Source: Mobula hypostoma (taxonomy: Eukaryota). From it: DNA of 64,000 nt. Location: the NCBI RefSeq assembly GCF_963921235.1, contig NC_086108.1, positions 7,936,001 through 8,000,000 of the forward strand. The letters are read 5' to 3'. Shown piece after piece: positions 47,681 through 62,000 of this stretch; the first letter of the stretch is position 1; the number at the start of each line of letters is the position of its first letter. A program made the position numbers and the translations under genes. The notes under the pieces are model-generated. The model was not told the origin of the DNA and did no database searches. It saw only the letters and a program-made list of their open reading frames with translations.

Positions 47681-48406
47681 TCCTGAGGCTGCTGAGTTCC
47701 TCCAGCAGACTGTGGGTTCCTCCAGGTTTCAGTATCCGCATTCTCTTGTGTCTCCTCTTGAAATATATCATCGTCCTTTCATTGTCGCCGGGTCCAAATC
47801 CTGGAACCACCACCTCCCCACTCCCCAATAGCACTGTGGGAGAATCTTCACCAGGACGGAAGTGGTTCAAGGACATGGCTCACCCACCAAACAACCCCCC
47901 GCCCCCCCAGCCCACCTTCCCAAGGGAGGAAGGGATAGACTTAGATAGAGTGGATGTGGAGAGGATGTTTCTCCCAGTAGCAGAGTCGAGAACAAAGAGG
48001 GTATAGCCTCAGAATAGAGGGACGTCCATTTAGAACAGAGATGAGGAGGAATTTCTTTAGCAAGAGCTTGGTGAATCGGTGGAGGCCAAGTCAGTGGGTA
48101 TTTTTTAAATGGAGGCTTGATTAGCCAGGGTGTCAAAGGTTACAGGGAAAAGGCAGGAGAATGGAGTTGAGAGGGATAATAAATCAGCCATGATGGAATG
48201 GTGGAGTGGACACAGTGGGCTGAATTGCTTAATTCTGCTCCTATATCTTATGGATTAGGGGTCTGAAAGGCTAATATTCTCCATACATAATGGGGAGAGC
48301 CAGAGAAGTTGAGCTAAGTGCAAGATCAGATCTGATTATCCATGATTTCATTAAATGGTAGGCAGGTCTGAGGACCGATATAGGTTGTGCTCTTGTTTAC
48401 CCCTAC

Positions 48407-48487
48407 CTTCCAGGCTTCTTCCACCTCTGGGGTCCATTTTTCCTTCAGAATTGGCTTCACGACTGCAATGAACTGCACTCCAACGTA
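48407..48487 (-). CDS. GbX: Globin X internal exon (exon 4): YVGVQFIAVVKPILKEKWTPEVEEAWK
   Basis: 81-bp exon between acceptor gtgttttctctgcag and donor gtaggg, phase 0-0; closely matches the GbX G-H helix sequence (YVG.EF..V.PILK..WTPE.EEAWK) and the GbX intron positions G7.0 and H10.0. Confidence 0.92.
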
Positions 48488-48679
48488 CTGCAGAGAAAAC
48501 ACAGGGCAATGTCGTTACTCGACACGTCTCCTCGCCACACCTGAAGTAAGATGAGAATGATCCAACGTCCAACCACTCCTTACACTCACGCACCCTGGTG
48601 TCAAACCCTCCGGTCCTTCTTATAGTGAGGAATGCATCATGTGCTCCATCCTCCCAGTGTAGAATGTACATGGGTCAGT

Positions 48680-49125
48680 GTTAACACCTTGTATTCTGTC
48701 TAGGTAGCCTCTAACCTGATGGCATGAATATTGATTTCTCTTTCTGGTTAAAAAAAAATCCCTACCCGCTTCCTCTATTCCCTTCTCTGGCCTTTTGCCA
48801 CTTCTCATCTGCTGATCACCTCTTGGGTCCTCTACTCCTGCCCTTTCTACCATGGTCCACTCTCCTCTCCTATCTGATTCCTTCCTCTCCAGCCTTTTAC
48901 CTTTCCCACCCACCTGGCTTCACCCATCACCTTCCAGCTAGCCTCATTCCCCCACCTCCCACCTTTTTATTCTGGCATCTTTTCTCTTTCCTTTTCGGTC
49001 CTGATAAAGGATCTCATCCTGTCTATTTATTTCCATAGATGCTGCCTGACCTGTTGAGTTCCTCCACAGTGTGTGTGTGTGTGTGTGTGTCTTTGGATTT
49101 CCAGCATCTACAGATTCTCCTGTGT
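48680..49125 (+). mobile_element. Penelope-like 3' region/pseudo-LTR, degenerate
   Basis: CT-rich region homologous to ~56500-56900; decayed core tcctgataaagg; atagatgctgcctgacc module. Confidence 0.65.
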
Positions 49126-49678
49126 TGGTGCTAATTTCAGTTAATCCTTCGTTTCAGTTCTGTTTCCACTTACAGGGACCTGGGTTCCTTTAAACCAATA
49201 TTGCTGCTTGGATAATTCACTATCCACAGAACAGCACAGTACAGGCCTTTCATCCCATGATGTTGTGCAGACCTTTTAACTTACTTCAAGATCAGGGAGA
49301 TGGGTTTCAAGGAAAGATGTATAAGATCAACCTACCCCTTCCATCCTGCATAGCCCTCCATTTTCTATCGTCCATGTGGTAGATGATAGATAGGTAGATA
49401 ATTTATTGATCCCAAAGGAAATTAGTGTCACAGTGGCATTACAAGTGCACAGATATATTAGAAGAGAAAGAATAAAAAGTAAGTTACCACAAACAGTCTA
49501 ACAGGAGGGAGTCATCACTTGCCCGGCTATAGGTTGACTCAATATAGAGCCTAATGGTCAAGGGTAAGAATGACCTCCTACAGCACTCTTTGGAGCAGTG
49601 CAGTTGTCTTAGTCTATTACTAAAAGTGCTCCTCTGTTCAGCCAAGGTGGCATGCAGAGGGTGAGAAATATTGTCCAG

Positions 49679-49907
49679 TGTGGTAAACCATATATATGTT
49701 GTTACTGGGTTACCTGTCTGGACATGCCTGGACACGCCCCTCTGCTGACTGCTCCTGTGGCTCCTCCCACAGATCCCTGAATAAAGGCGATTGCGCCATT
49801 GCTCCTCCTCGCAGTCCAGGCATGGTGGAGGTCACATTTTACTGCTAATAAAAGCCTTTCAGTATTTACTCTACTTCCAGTCTTTTGGAGTTATTGATGG
49901 TGCATCA
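49679..49907 (+). mobile_element. Small solo LTR (229 bp) inserted in a Rex1-like fragment (~49380-50020, minus)
   Basis: TG...CA ends, internal aataaa, 5-bp TSD tccag at 49674-49678 and 49908-49912. Confidence 0.8.
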
Positions 49908-50019
49908 TCCAGAACTGCATGATTTTCCGTGGGGTTCCTTGTTCTACTGCAGCCTCCCGCGTGACCTGTCTGACTCCTGTAACAGAGCTAGCCTTTCTAA
50001 TCAGTTTGTTGAGTCCCGA

Positions 50020-51790
50020 ATCAGTTTCTTAAATGTCCCGAATGTATCTGCCTTTATCACCATCCCTGGCAGGGTGTTCCACGCACTCACCACTCTCTCC
50101 ATGGTAAACCTACTTCTGACCTCGTCCTATACTTTCCTCTAAACACCTTAAAGTTAGTCCTTCTTGTATCAGCCATTTCGACCCTGGGGAAAAAAATTCT
50201 GACTCTCCACTCTATCTGCCTCTTATCGTCTTGTACACCTCTATTGAGTCACCTCTCAACCTCCTTCACTGCAAAGGGAAAAGCTCTGGCTCACTCAACC
50301 TATCCTCATAAGACATGCTCTCTAATAAGCATATACTGTATAACAATTACAGCACGGAAACAGGCCATCTCGGCCCTTCTAGTCCGTGCCGAACTCTTAC
50401 ACTCATCTAGTCCCACCGACCTGCACTCAGCCCATAACCCTCCATTCCTTTCCTGTCCATATAACTATCCAATTTAACTTTAAACGATAACATCAAACCT
50501 GCCTCAACCACTTCTGCTGGAAGCTCGTTCCACACAGCTACCACTCTCTGAGTAAAGAAGTTCCCCCTCATGTTACCCCTAAGCTTTTGCCCTTTAACTC
50601 TCAACTCAAGTCCTCTTGTTTGAATCTCCCTCACTCTCAATGGAAAAAGCCTATCCACGTCAACTCTATCTATCCCCTTCATAATTTTAAATACCTCTAT
50701 CAAGTCCCCCCTCAACCTTCTACGCTCCAAAGAATAAAAACCCAACTTGTTCAACCTTTCTCTGTAACTTAGGAGATGAAACCCAGGTAACATTCTAGTA
50801 AATCTTCTCTGTACTCTCTCTATTTTGTTGACATCTTTCCTATAATTCGGTGACCAAAACTGTACACAGTACTCCAAATTTGGCCTCACCAATGCCTAGT
50901 ACAATTTCAACATTACATCCCAACTCCTATACTCAATGCTCTGATTTATAAAGGCCAGCATACCAAAAGCTTTCTTCACCACCCTATCCACATGAAATTC
51001 CACCTTCAGGGAACTATGCACCATTATTCCTAGATCCCTCTGTTCTACTGCATTCTTCAATGCCCTACCATTTACCATGTATGTCCTATTTTGATTAGTC
51101 CTACCAAAATGTAGCACCTCACATTTATCAGCATTAAACTCCATCTGCCATCTTTCAGCCCAAACTGGCCTAAATCTCTCTGCAAGCTTTGAAAACCTAC
51201 TTCATTATCCACAACTCCACCTATCTTAGTATCATCTGCATACTTACTCATCCAATTTACCACCCCATCATCCAGATCATTAATGTATATGACAAATAAC
51301 ATTGGACCCAGTACAGAGCTCTGAGGCACACCACTAGTCACCGGCCTCCAATCTGACAAACAGTTATCCACCACTGGCATCTCCCATCCAGCCACTGCTG
51401 AATTCATTTTACTACTTCAATACTAATACCTAACAATTGAACCTTCCTAACCAACCTTCCGTGTGGGACCTTAACAAAGACCTTACTGAAGTCCATATAG
51501 ACAACATCCACTGCTTTACCTTCGTCAACTTTCCTAGTAACCTCTTCAAAAAATTCAAGAGGATTTGTCAATCATGACTAATCCAGGCAGCATCCTGGTA
51601 AATCTCCTCTGCACCCTCTTCAAAGCTTCCACATCCTTCCAATAATGAGGCGACCAGAACTGAACACAATACTCCAAGTGTGACCTAACCAGTCTTATAG
51701 AGCTATAACACTGCGGCTCTTGAACTCATTTCCCCTACTAATGAAGGTCAACACATCACATACCATCTTAACCACCCTCTCAACTGCTCT
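50020..51790 (-). mobile_element. Nested CR1 LINEs: young copy ~50335-51578 inside an older CR1
   Basis: [24 protein letters not shown]; the host CR1 resumes at taatccaggcagc (51579). Confidence 0.88.
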
Positions 51791-52390
51791 AGGTGTGTAG
51801 TGGAGAGTATATTGACTGACTGCATCACAGCCTGATACGGAAACACCAATGCCCTTGAATGGAGAATCGTACAAAAATGAATGGATTCAGCCCAGCATAT
51901 CCTGGGCAAAACCCTCCCAACCATTGAGCACATCTACATGAAACACCCCTGCAGCTTCCATCAGCAGGGACCCCCACCACACAGGACATGCTCTTTTTTC
52001 ACTGCTCTCATCAGGAAGAAGGTGCAGGACCCTCAGGACTCACACCACTAGGTTCAGGAATGGTTATCACCCCTCAACCATCAGGGTCTTGAACCAAAGG
52101 GATAACTTCACTTTCCCCATCATTGAAATGTTCCCATAACTACTGGATTCATGTTCAAGCACTCTTCATCTCATGTTCTCAATATTTATTGCTTACTTAC
52201 TATGATTAATATTCGTATTTTTTTTTGTATTTACAGTTTGTTATCTTCTGAACTCTGGTTGAATACCCTAGTTTGTGTGGTCTTTCATTAATCCTGTTAA
52301 TCTATAGATTTATATGCCCACAAGACAATGAACCACAGGGTTGTATATGGTGACTTATATGTACTTTGATAATAAATTTACTTGGAACTT
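51790..52390 (+). mobile_element. Rex1-like LINE 3' part
   Basis: gtggagagtatattgact...caccactaggttcaggaa...; 3' UTR ending aataaatttacttggaacttt. Confidence 0.75.
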
Positions 52391-53203
52391 TATAGGTTAA
52401 AATGAAAACAGAGAGCTGAGGAGATTCCTAACAGAAGTTTGTAAAGCTGGAACACACATCGACAGGGTTGACATTCAGAAATGTTTCTGATATGCTGCCA
52501 GAGTTTGAGGTGGAATTTGATAGGATCGTGGTGATTAGGAGTCATTTAGGCAGCTACAGGAACATGCAGAGAATGGAGGGATTATGGAGAGCCTGCAGGC
52601 AAAAAACGTGTGAAATTAATTTGGCATTGTTCTGTCCTGTGCTGTACTATTACAGAGTCACCGAGGTATATTTAAAACAGATGATTTTTTACAAGAACAT
52701 TAAGATTTTTTTTAAAGATTAGCTTCATTTGTCACACATATACCAAAACATAAACGAGGATTGTTCAGAGTAAGCACACAAGTGTCATCATGCTTCCAAA
52801 GCAAACGTTGCATGCCCAAAATTCACTAACCCAACCGGTATGCCTTTGGAATATGGGAGGAAAGCAGAGCACCTGGGGGAAACATAGAAACATAGAAAAA
52901 CCTACAGCACAATACAGGCCCTTCGGCCCACGATGCTGTGCCGAACATGTCCCTACCTTAGAGCTACCCAGGCTTTACCCATAGCCCTCTATTTTTCTAA
53001 GCTCCATGCAGCAAACCCGCATGGTCACGGGGAGAATGTATAAACTCCTTACAGACAGCAGTGAGAATCGATCCTCCATTGGTAGGTTCTTGATTAGTAG
53101 GGGTGTCATAGGTTACGGACAGAAGCAGGAGAATGGGGTTGAGAGAGAAACATAAGTCAGCCATGACTGAATGGCGAAGACTCAATTGGCCGAATAGTCT
53201 AAA

Positions 53204-53577
53204 CTGGGGTTCCCAACCTTCTAAAGAAATTCATATTATTATTTATTTATTGAGATACAGTGTAGAATAGGCTCTTCCAGCCCTTCGAGCCTCACCGCCC
53301 AGCAATTCCCCAATTTAATCGGAACCTAATCAGGGGGCAATTTACAATGACCTATTAGCCAACCAGCTGGTATGGCTTTGGACTGTGGGGGAAACCGGAG
53401 CACCCGCAGGAAACCCACACAATCACGGGGAGAACGCACAAACTCATTACAGGCAGTGATGGGAATTGAGCCCGGGTCTCCGGTACTGTAAAACGTTGTG
53501 CTAACCACTACACTACCATGCCATGGACCTCTACCATTAACCAAAGGGGTCCTCGGACCCCAAGCTGGGAACCCCTG
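53204..53577. mobile_element. hAT-like MITE containing a tRNA-derived V-SINE (~53245-53524, minus)
   Basis: Imperfect TIRs ggggttcccaacctt / aagctgggaacccctg, imperfect 8-bp TSD gtctaaac/gtcgaaat; the SINE has A-box tggtagtgtagtgg, B-box gggctcaattccc and the V core. Confidence 0.55.
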
Positions 53578-53767
53578 GTCGAAATCTATTTGCTGTCTTA
53601 TGGTCTAACGCGATAGTTGCTCGTGCATGTTTCCTTATGGTCCTATGGAGTTATAGAATAATAGTGCACAGAACAGGCTGTCCAGACCTACTCATCCATG
53701 CCAACCAAACTACCCCGCTAAGCTAGTCCTAATTGCCTGTGTTCGGCCCAAATACCTCTAAATTTTC

Positions 53768-54380
53768 AGTTGAAAAGTCAGGAGGTTATGTTGCAAATTT
53801 ATAAAACTCTGATTAGGCCACATCTGGAGTATTGCATGCAGTTCTGTTTGTCCCACTAGAGGAAGGATGTTGAGGCTTTGGAGAGGATGCAGAAGAGGTT
53901 CACCAGGATGCTTCCTGGTTTAGAGGGCATGTCCTTTCACGGGAGGCTGGATAAACTTGGGTTGTTTTCTCTGGAGTGTCGGAGGCTGACGGGATATCTG
54001 ATAGAGGTTTATAAGATTGTGAGAGGTATAGATAGAGTGGACAGAGTATCGGCTTCCCAGGGTAAAAATGTCTAATACCAGAGGGCATGCATTGAAGGTG
54101 AGAGGGGGTGGGTTAAGGGGTTGTGAGGGGTAAATTTTTCACTCAGAGAGTGGTGGATATCTGGAATGCACTGCCTGGTATGCTGGTAGAGGCAAATACA
54201 TTAGGGGCTTTTCAAGGCATTTAGACAGGCACATGGATGTAAGAAAGATGGGGGGATGTGGACAAGGTGTAGGTGGGATGGATTAGTATTTGGGTGCTTT
54301 CGATTTGCCTTTTATTAGGTTTGGCACAACAATGTGGGCTGAATGGCCTGTTCCTGTACAGTACTGCTGTATGCTCTGTG
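53768..54380 (+). mobile_element. CR1 LINE 3' part
   Basis: [24 protein letters not shown]... Confidence 0.85.
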
Positions 54381-54659
54381 TCCTGATTACCATACGGTGA
54401 GAGTCGTTAGGAGAGGCGAGCATGCCGGGAGCCGGGAGGAACTCTTGCTTTAACATAGTGGAATGAGATTTTTCATAAAACTACCAATTCCCACAGCTAT
54501 CTTGACTGTATCTCTTCCCACCCTGTTTCCTGTAAAAATGCTATTCCCTTTTCTCAGTTCCTTCATTGCTGAGCATCTGTTCCCAGGATTGGGCTTTCCT
54601 TTCCAGGACATTAGAGATGTCCTCCTTCTTCAAAGAACAAGTTTTCCCTTCCTCAACCC

Positions 54660-55946
54660 AAATATAACCATATAACAATCACAGCACGGAAACAGGCCAT
54701 CTCGGCCCTTCTACTCCGTGCCGAACGCTTACTCTCACCTAGTCCCACCGACCTGCATTCAGCTCACAACCCTCCATTCCTTTCCTGTCCATATATCTAT
54801 CCAATTTAACTTTAAATGACAACATCGAACCCACCTCAACCACTTCTGCTGGAAGCTCATTCCACACAGCTACCACTCTCTGAGTAAAGAAGTTCCCCCT
54901 CATGTTACCCCTAAACTTTTGCCCTTTAACTCTCAACTCATGTCCTCTTGTTTGAATCTCCCCCACTCTCAATGGAAAAAGCCTATCCATGTCAACTCTA
55001 TCTATCCCCCTCATAATTTTAAATACCTCTATCAAGTCCCCCCTCAACCTTCTACACTCCAAAGAATAAAGACCCAACTTGTTCAACCTTTCTCTGTAAC
55101 TTAGGTGATGAAACCCAGGCAATAAACAGTAGGCAAATAATATTCAGAACTGAAGTCCATGAAAGTGAGTTCACAGCCATGAGGCCAGTCCTCGCTGCAG
55201 CCGATCTAGGAGACTGTTAATTGATCAGCACAGGTCCTTAGTTCTCGGCCTGGTACCCCATCTAGGCTGGATATTTTCAGTGGATCCACCCTCCTGAAGG
55301 ATGTTCTCACGTCGAGCTCAGAGACTGAAATCACAGGGTTGTCAGGGTTTGGTAGTTTGTGAAGGCTCCTCCATGTTTTGATGGTCAAAGCGAGCAGAGA
55401 AGACACTGAGCTCATCTGGAACCAAAGCCTGGTTGTCACCTGTGTCACTTGATTCCACTTTGTAAGAGGTAATAGTATTCAAGCTCCTGCCACAGCTATC
55501 GAGCAGCATTCAGTGAGTCAAGTTTGGTCCAGAATCGCCACTTCACATGTGAGCTGGCTTTCCAGAGATTGTAACCATATAAAATATAACCATATAACAA
55601 TTACAGCACGGAAACAGGCCATCTCAGCCCTTCTAGTCCATGCCGAACTCTTACTCTCACCTAGTCCCACCGACTTGCACTCAGCCCATAACCCTCCATT
55701 CTTTTCCTATCCAATTTAACTTTAACCAACAACATGGAACCTGCCTCAACCACTTCTGCTGGAAGCTCGTTCCACACAGCTACCACTCTCTGAGTAAAGA
55801 AGTTCCCCCTCATGTTACCCCTAAACTTTTGCCCTTTAACTCTCAACTCATGTCCTCTTGTTTGAATCTCCCCCATTCTCAATGGAAAAAGCCTATCCAC
55901 GTCATCTCTATCTATCCCCCTCATAATTTTAAATACCTCTATCAAA
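54660..55946 (-). mobile_element. Two young CR1 3' ends (~54660-55120 and ~55575-55946) flanking a Rex1 fragment
   Basis: Near-identical to ~50340-50790; (atatggtt)-type tails. Confidence 0.85.
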
Positions 55947-56016
55947 TCTCCTCCATTCCCCGGATATCCATGCTTACCCCATCTTCCCACCATATTAGCT
56001 GTGATAGAGTTCCTCT

Positions 56017-59000
56017 TGTCTCAACCTACCACCCCATGACCTGCCACATCCAACACATCATCCTCCACAACTTCCATCATCCTCAGCAGGATCGCACCAC
56101 TGAACACATCTTACCTCCCCCTCCCCCTCCGCCCCACATCTCTCCATTCTCTGCAGGGATCACTACCTCCTTTATTCCCTTGCCCATTCAGCCCTCCCCA
56201 CTCATCTCCCTCCCAGCGCTTACCCCTGCAAGTGGTCACAATGCTACATCTCCCAATTCACCTCTGTTCAGTGCCCCAAATGGTCCTTCCAGGTGAGGCA
56301 ACAGGAGCGCACCTGCTGGGGTTGTCTATTGTGTCCAGTGCTCCCAACGTGGCCTCCTCTACATTTGTGAGACCCGTCATAAGTTGAGGGACAGCTTCAT
56401 TGAGTACCCCTGCTCCATCTGCCAAAAGCCAAATATTTTAATTTCAATTCCCATTCCTGCTCCAACGTAGCCCACTCTTGTGCCAAAATGAGGCCATCTG
56501 AGTAGTCTCCAACTTGATGGCACGAATATCGATTTCTCCTTCTGATAAAAAGAAATCCCTCCCCTTCCCCTCTTCTTCTATTCCCCACTCTGGCCCCTTA
56601 CCTCTTCTCACCTGCCTATCACCTCCCCCTGGGTCCTCCCCTCCATCCCTTTCTCCAATGAAACACTCTCCTCCCCTATCAGATTCCTTCCTCTCCATCC
56701 CTCGACCTTTCCCACCCAAATGGTTTCACCTATCAGCTTCTAGCTATCCTCCTTCCCCATCCCCTATCTTTTAATTCTGGTGTCTTCCTAGCCCAAAATG
56801 TCGATTGCTATATTCATTTCCATGGATGCAGCCCGGCCTGCAGAGATCCTTCAGCATTTTGTGCACATCCCTCTGGATTTCCAGCATCTCCAGAACTTCT
56901 CGTGTTTGGGATTGGGATTGGTTGATCAGCTGACCTTCGTTGTTTGTCTTCCAATGGTAGAGTTTGAGTAAAGTATTGATAGTCTCTCCAAAATACTGAC
57001 TCGTTTTGAAGAACATTGAGAACTTCTGGTTGGGAATGAGCTGTTCTTCTGTGGATTGAAATTGTGCTTTATTTTGTGACAGAGCAAGGATGATATGGAA
57101 ATCCAAGGTAATAACAGTACCACCACCCTACCTTTCTCTCAGATAGCTCCTCCCCATTATTCCTGTTTCCATAAGACCATGAGATATAGAAGCAGAATTA
57201 GGCATTTGGCCCATCGAGTCTGCTCTGCCATTTCATCATGACTGATCCATTTCCCTCTCAGCCCCGATCTCCTGCCTTCTCCCCGTATCCCTTCATGCCC
57301 TGACCAATCAAGAATATATCAATCTCTGCCATGTATATGCATATCGACTTGGCCTCCATAGCTGCCTGGGACAAAGGATTCCACAGTTTCACCATTCTCT
57401 GTTTAAAGAGAGCCATAGGAGCAAAATTTGGCTATTTCATCTGCTCTGCCATTCCATCCTGGCTGATTTATTTTGCCTCTCAGCCCCATTCTCTTGCTTT
57501 CTCCTCATAGCCTTTGACACCCTGACTGATCAAGAAACTCTCAGCCTCTGCTTTAAATATACCCAATGACTTGGCCTCCACAGCCGTCCATGGCGATGAA
57601 TTCCAGTTTAGAGAGGAAGTCTTTGCCAGGGGGAGTCAGGGACAGACAGTGTGACCTCTTGGTCGGAATAATCTTTCAGCATATTCCTTCGTGTTTCACT
57701 GTTTGACGACTGGAACCGAAAAACCGATTGTGTTTATCAAGTGCTGACAGACTGATGGATAAGTAGGTCAGGATACTCCTGACACTTGGCATTGTGTGAA
57801 TTGTGTGAAACTTCTGTGGGGGTGTAGTGGAGAGTGTATTGACTGGCTGCATCACAGCCTGGTATGGAAGCATCAATGCCCTTGAACAGAAAATCTTACA
57901 AAAGGTAGTAGATACAGCCCAGTCCGTCATGGTGAAAGCCCGTCCTACCTCTGAGCACATCTACACCGTACACTGTCCCAGGAAAGCAACATCCATTATT
58001 AGTGATCCCCAGCACTCAGGTCACGCTCTCTTCTCACTGCTGCCATGACGATAAAGACACAGGAGCCTCAGGACTCACACCACCAGATTCAGGAAAAGTT
58101 ATTACCCCTCAGCCATCAGGCTGTTGAATCAAAGGAACAACTTCACTTGCCTCATCATTGAAATGGTCCTGCAACCAGTGGGCTCATTTTCAAGGACCCA
58201 ATATTTCCTATGTTCTCAATATTTATTGCTTATTTATTTATGAATATTATTTCTTTATTTTTGCTGTCATCTGCACTCTGGTTGAACGCCCCAGTTAGGC
58301 AATCTTTCACTGATTCTGCTATGGTTACCATTCTATAGATTTATTGAGTTTGCCCACAGGAAAATGATTCAGGGTTGCGTATGGTGATATAAATATACTT
58401 CGATAATAAATTTACTTTGAATTTTGAATTGCTAAGGATGTAACTAAATAATGTACCATTCGTAGGAATGTTGTCTGCACAGGAGGGCTTGAGCTAACGG
58501 AGGAGTTAGGACAAGCAGGGGTTCTTCATCCTGCAGCGAAGTAATAAATTTATGGGGAGGCATGGTAACGTAGTAGTTCAAACTTCAAATTTATTATCAA
58601 AGTACATTGTGTCACCAAATACAACCCTGAGATTCATTTTCCTGCAGGCATTCACAGAAGAACAAGGAAATACAATGGAATCAATGAAAATCTACACACA
58701 AAGAGCATAACAATTTACGACAGCAGTTGTAACGTCGAGGTTCAATTCCTGCTGCCGGCTGTAGAGAGTTTGTACGTTTTCCCCCTGACCCTTCGGGTTG
58801 CCTCCGGATACTCCCGTTCCCTCCCACATTCCAAAGATGTACGGATTAGGGTTAGTGAGTTGTGGACATGCTTGGTTGGTGCCAAAATTGTGGTGACACT
58901 TGCCATCTGCCTCTCCCCGCTCCCCAGCACAATCTTCCCTGATTTGGTAAGATGTAAACATATCCCTTTGTTATGCTATACTTGTACATGCACTCGTGAG

Positions 59001-62000
59001 CAGACGAATAAAGTTGGTGCGCATGCGCTGTTGTTTTTATCTGAAAACTCTGTCTCAAAACATGGTGGCAGCGGTGGGGCTCGGAAAATTGCTTTTTTCA
59101 ACCGCAGCGCCCAATGTTGTCAACTTGCAGTTGGCAGCATGGTAATAGCACAACTCTGAAACATCGGAGGGTGAGTGTAAGAGTAAAAATGTCGACCGAG
59201 ACGAGGAGCCGGCCACAAATAGAGACGGGTGCAGTAGCAATGCCTGGAGGTGAGACAGCAGAATCTCAGTGGCACCCAGCACCCGCAGGCGACCCCGTGC
59301 CGGGGAACCATGGTCGGGGCAGAAGTCCTCCCCCAGTCAGCGGCATCCGCTGGCCACCGGCCGTGACGGTCAACTGCAGAGTGATAGACCGATGGAAGAC
59401 ATGGTGGCAGATGTGGACTAACTACAGCATCGTAGCACAGCTGCCCAAACAAGTTCCAGCACACCAGATGGCATTATTTTTACAGACAATTGGACCATCA
59501 GGACTTGAGGTCTACCACAGTTTAGCATTCGCAGATGAGGCTGAAGGCCAAGACCTCAGAAAGGTTTTAGCTGCATTTGACAGATATGTTATTGGTGAGA
59601 AAAATGAGACTTATGAACGGTACTTGTTCAACAAGCAGCAACAAGAACAAGGTGAGACCTTTGAATAGTTTCTTGCCAGCCTTAGATCTCTTGCAAAGAC
59701 ATGTAATTTTTGCTTGTGTATGTCAGACAGTCTGTTGAGAGACAAGATCATATGGGTATTAACGTCTCCCAAAGCAGAAACGTCAGTTACAAGAGAGAAG
59801 GCTATTGCTCAGTGACTGCATTGACATCTGTGAAAGCACAGAAATGGCTGAATCACACCTACGAGCATTCAGTACAGCTGCAGACAGCAGGTCCGCTACT
59901 GTCCATAAGATTAAACCTCGCACTAGCAAGAAAGGTTCAAAGCATCCTGGACAGAAGGCTAGTGCTAGTGGTGGAGCCAGGGCAAAAGGCACCTTGAACA
60001 GCCACAGATGTCATAGTGGGGGCACTGGGAGGTGGACCCAAATGCAAGACACAGACACTGAAGGACAAGGAACAGGACTAGGTTAGTCAAGAAAGCAAGG
60101 AAAGTGGGGAAGAAAGGACTCTGGACATGACACAGGCCCTGGACGAGACAAGGATACAGGGCCTGGGCTAGAACTTGACTAGGATAGCGGAACCAGGACA
60201 TGGAACTTGGAACTAGGAGCCTGGACTTGGACTCCGAGCCAGAGACTGGATAAGGACCCAAAACCTGGGTCTTGACTCGGGCTCAGACCCCGGATCTAGG
60301 CAAAGGCATGACGAGGCTTGGGTTCTTCGAGGATAGAGTACTTTGAGGCTTGGGTATGGACTCCGAGCCAGAGACTGGACAAGGACCCAGAATCTGGGAC
60401 TTGACTGGGGCTTGGACTCCAGAACTAGGCGAGGACAAGACTTGGCTACAAGATGAGGAGAGGCAACAGGACTGGATGTGAGACTCCTGGACAGGACAAG
60501 GGAACTCTGCACTGGGCTGGGCAAGGTACTCTGGGCTGGGTGAGACACATGGACAAGACGAGAACACAAAGCCATGGCTTAGACAGGATAAGGTTCTTGG
60601 ATCGTGGCTAGGACTGGACGAGACCTCGAAGCCTTGACTAGGTCAAGGGAGAGACAGGAACGCAGAGCCTTGGTCGAGGGAGAGACAGGAACATGGAACA
60701 CAGAGCCAAGACCCCTCCTTGGATATAGAGCATAGGGCCGGGACTCATTACACAGAATGCAGAATATGACAAGATGGTTCCCAACACAAGGCAGTGGCAA
60801 ATGGCTGGACCTACCTAGCGAAGACATGGACACAGAGATGGTTCTCAATACTAGGTAGCAGCAAATGGACAGACCTACCTAGCGAAGGCAAGCACACAGA
60901 GACAGTTCAAAACAACAATAGACAGTTCCTTATCTTGCTCCAGCAATTGAACTTGACAGCAGTGCAGGCAAGGGTTACATGCGAGGCAAGACGAGGCAAG
61001 GCGAGGTGAGGCGAGGGAAGGGAAGGGAAGGGAAGGGAAGGGATGGGATGGGATGGGATGGGATGGGATTGGATGGGATTTGATTGGATTGGATTCAGAC
61101 AGGGGGTATGGACAGAACAATCCAGCAGCCAGAGGCTGAATCCTGAAGCTATTTATGAAGCCAGCTCAAACGAGAATCAGCTGCCTCAACAGAAACTGGG
61201 GAAAACTGGAAAAACTGGAATAAGGAACATGGACCGGACCGTGGACCGGAATGCGGATTTCATGGACCAGACCATGACAACAGAAGCAAAGTGAACCCTT
61301 GCAAGTACTGTTGCACGGAACATGCAAGAGACAAGCAACAATGCCCAGCATACAGACAGGTGTGTGGCATTCGAAATCACTTTGCAGAGGTATGAAAGCA
61401 GAAGCCCGTGCATGGGGTGGAAGCACAAAGCGATGACCAATCCAACAGGGACAGCAGCACCGAGTTTATCGACAATGTCACACTGGTGGTCAACAGTTTG
61501 AAGACAAGCGATGACGTATTCACACAGATGCTCATCACTGGAAAGCCAATAGACTTCCAAGTCGACAGCGGGGCGAGCATTAACATTTTACCCCACAAAT
61601 ACATGGAGGGAGTAGACCACACACTAAGACAATGCACAAAAAAGCTGATGATGTGGAACAAGACCACCATGGATGCAGAATGGATGTGCAGAGTGAAATT
61701 GGGTGACCCCATGACGAACTGCAAGTATTCTGTCGAATTTGTCGTGGTCACTGACGACTTCACACCATTGCTGGGAAGCAGGGCCAGCCAGCAAATGTAG
61801 CTGATTACGGTCAATGGTGACAACTTTCGCAGGGTGCATGCATCTACACTTAAAGAAAAACAATGCACACCAGAAGAACGCTATGCAGAGGTGTTCGATG
61901 ATGCGCCCGGGGAGCTTCCGGGTGCAGCCCGCCTGCAGATTGATGAGGAAGTTCAACCCACAGTGTTACCCCCACGACGTCTACCTCACACTATGAAGCG

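Noticed and set aside
48414..48545. Plus-strand exon candidate (cag|gcttc...gaa|gtaaga)
   Set aside because: The translations are unrecognisable, and the same bases are explained by the GbX exon on the minus strand.
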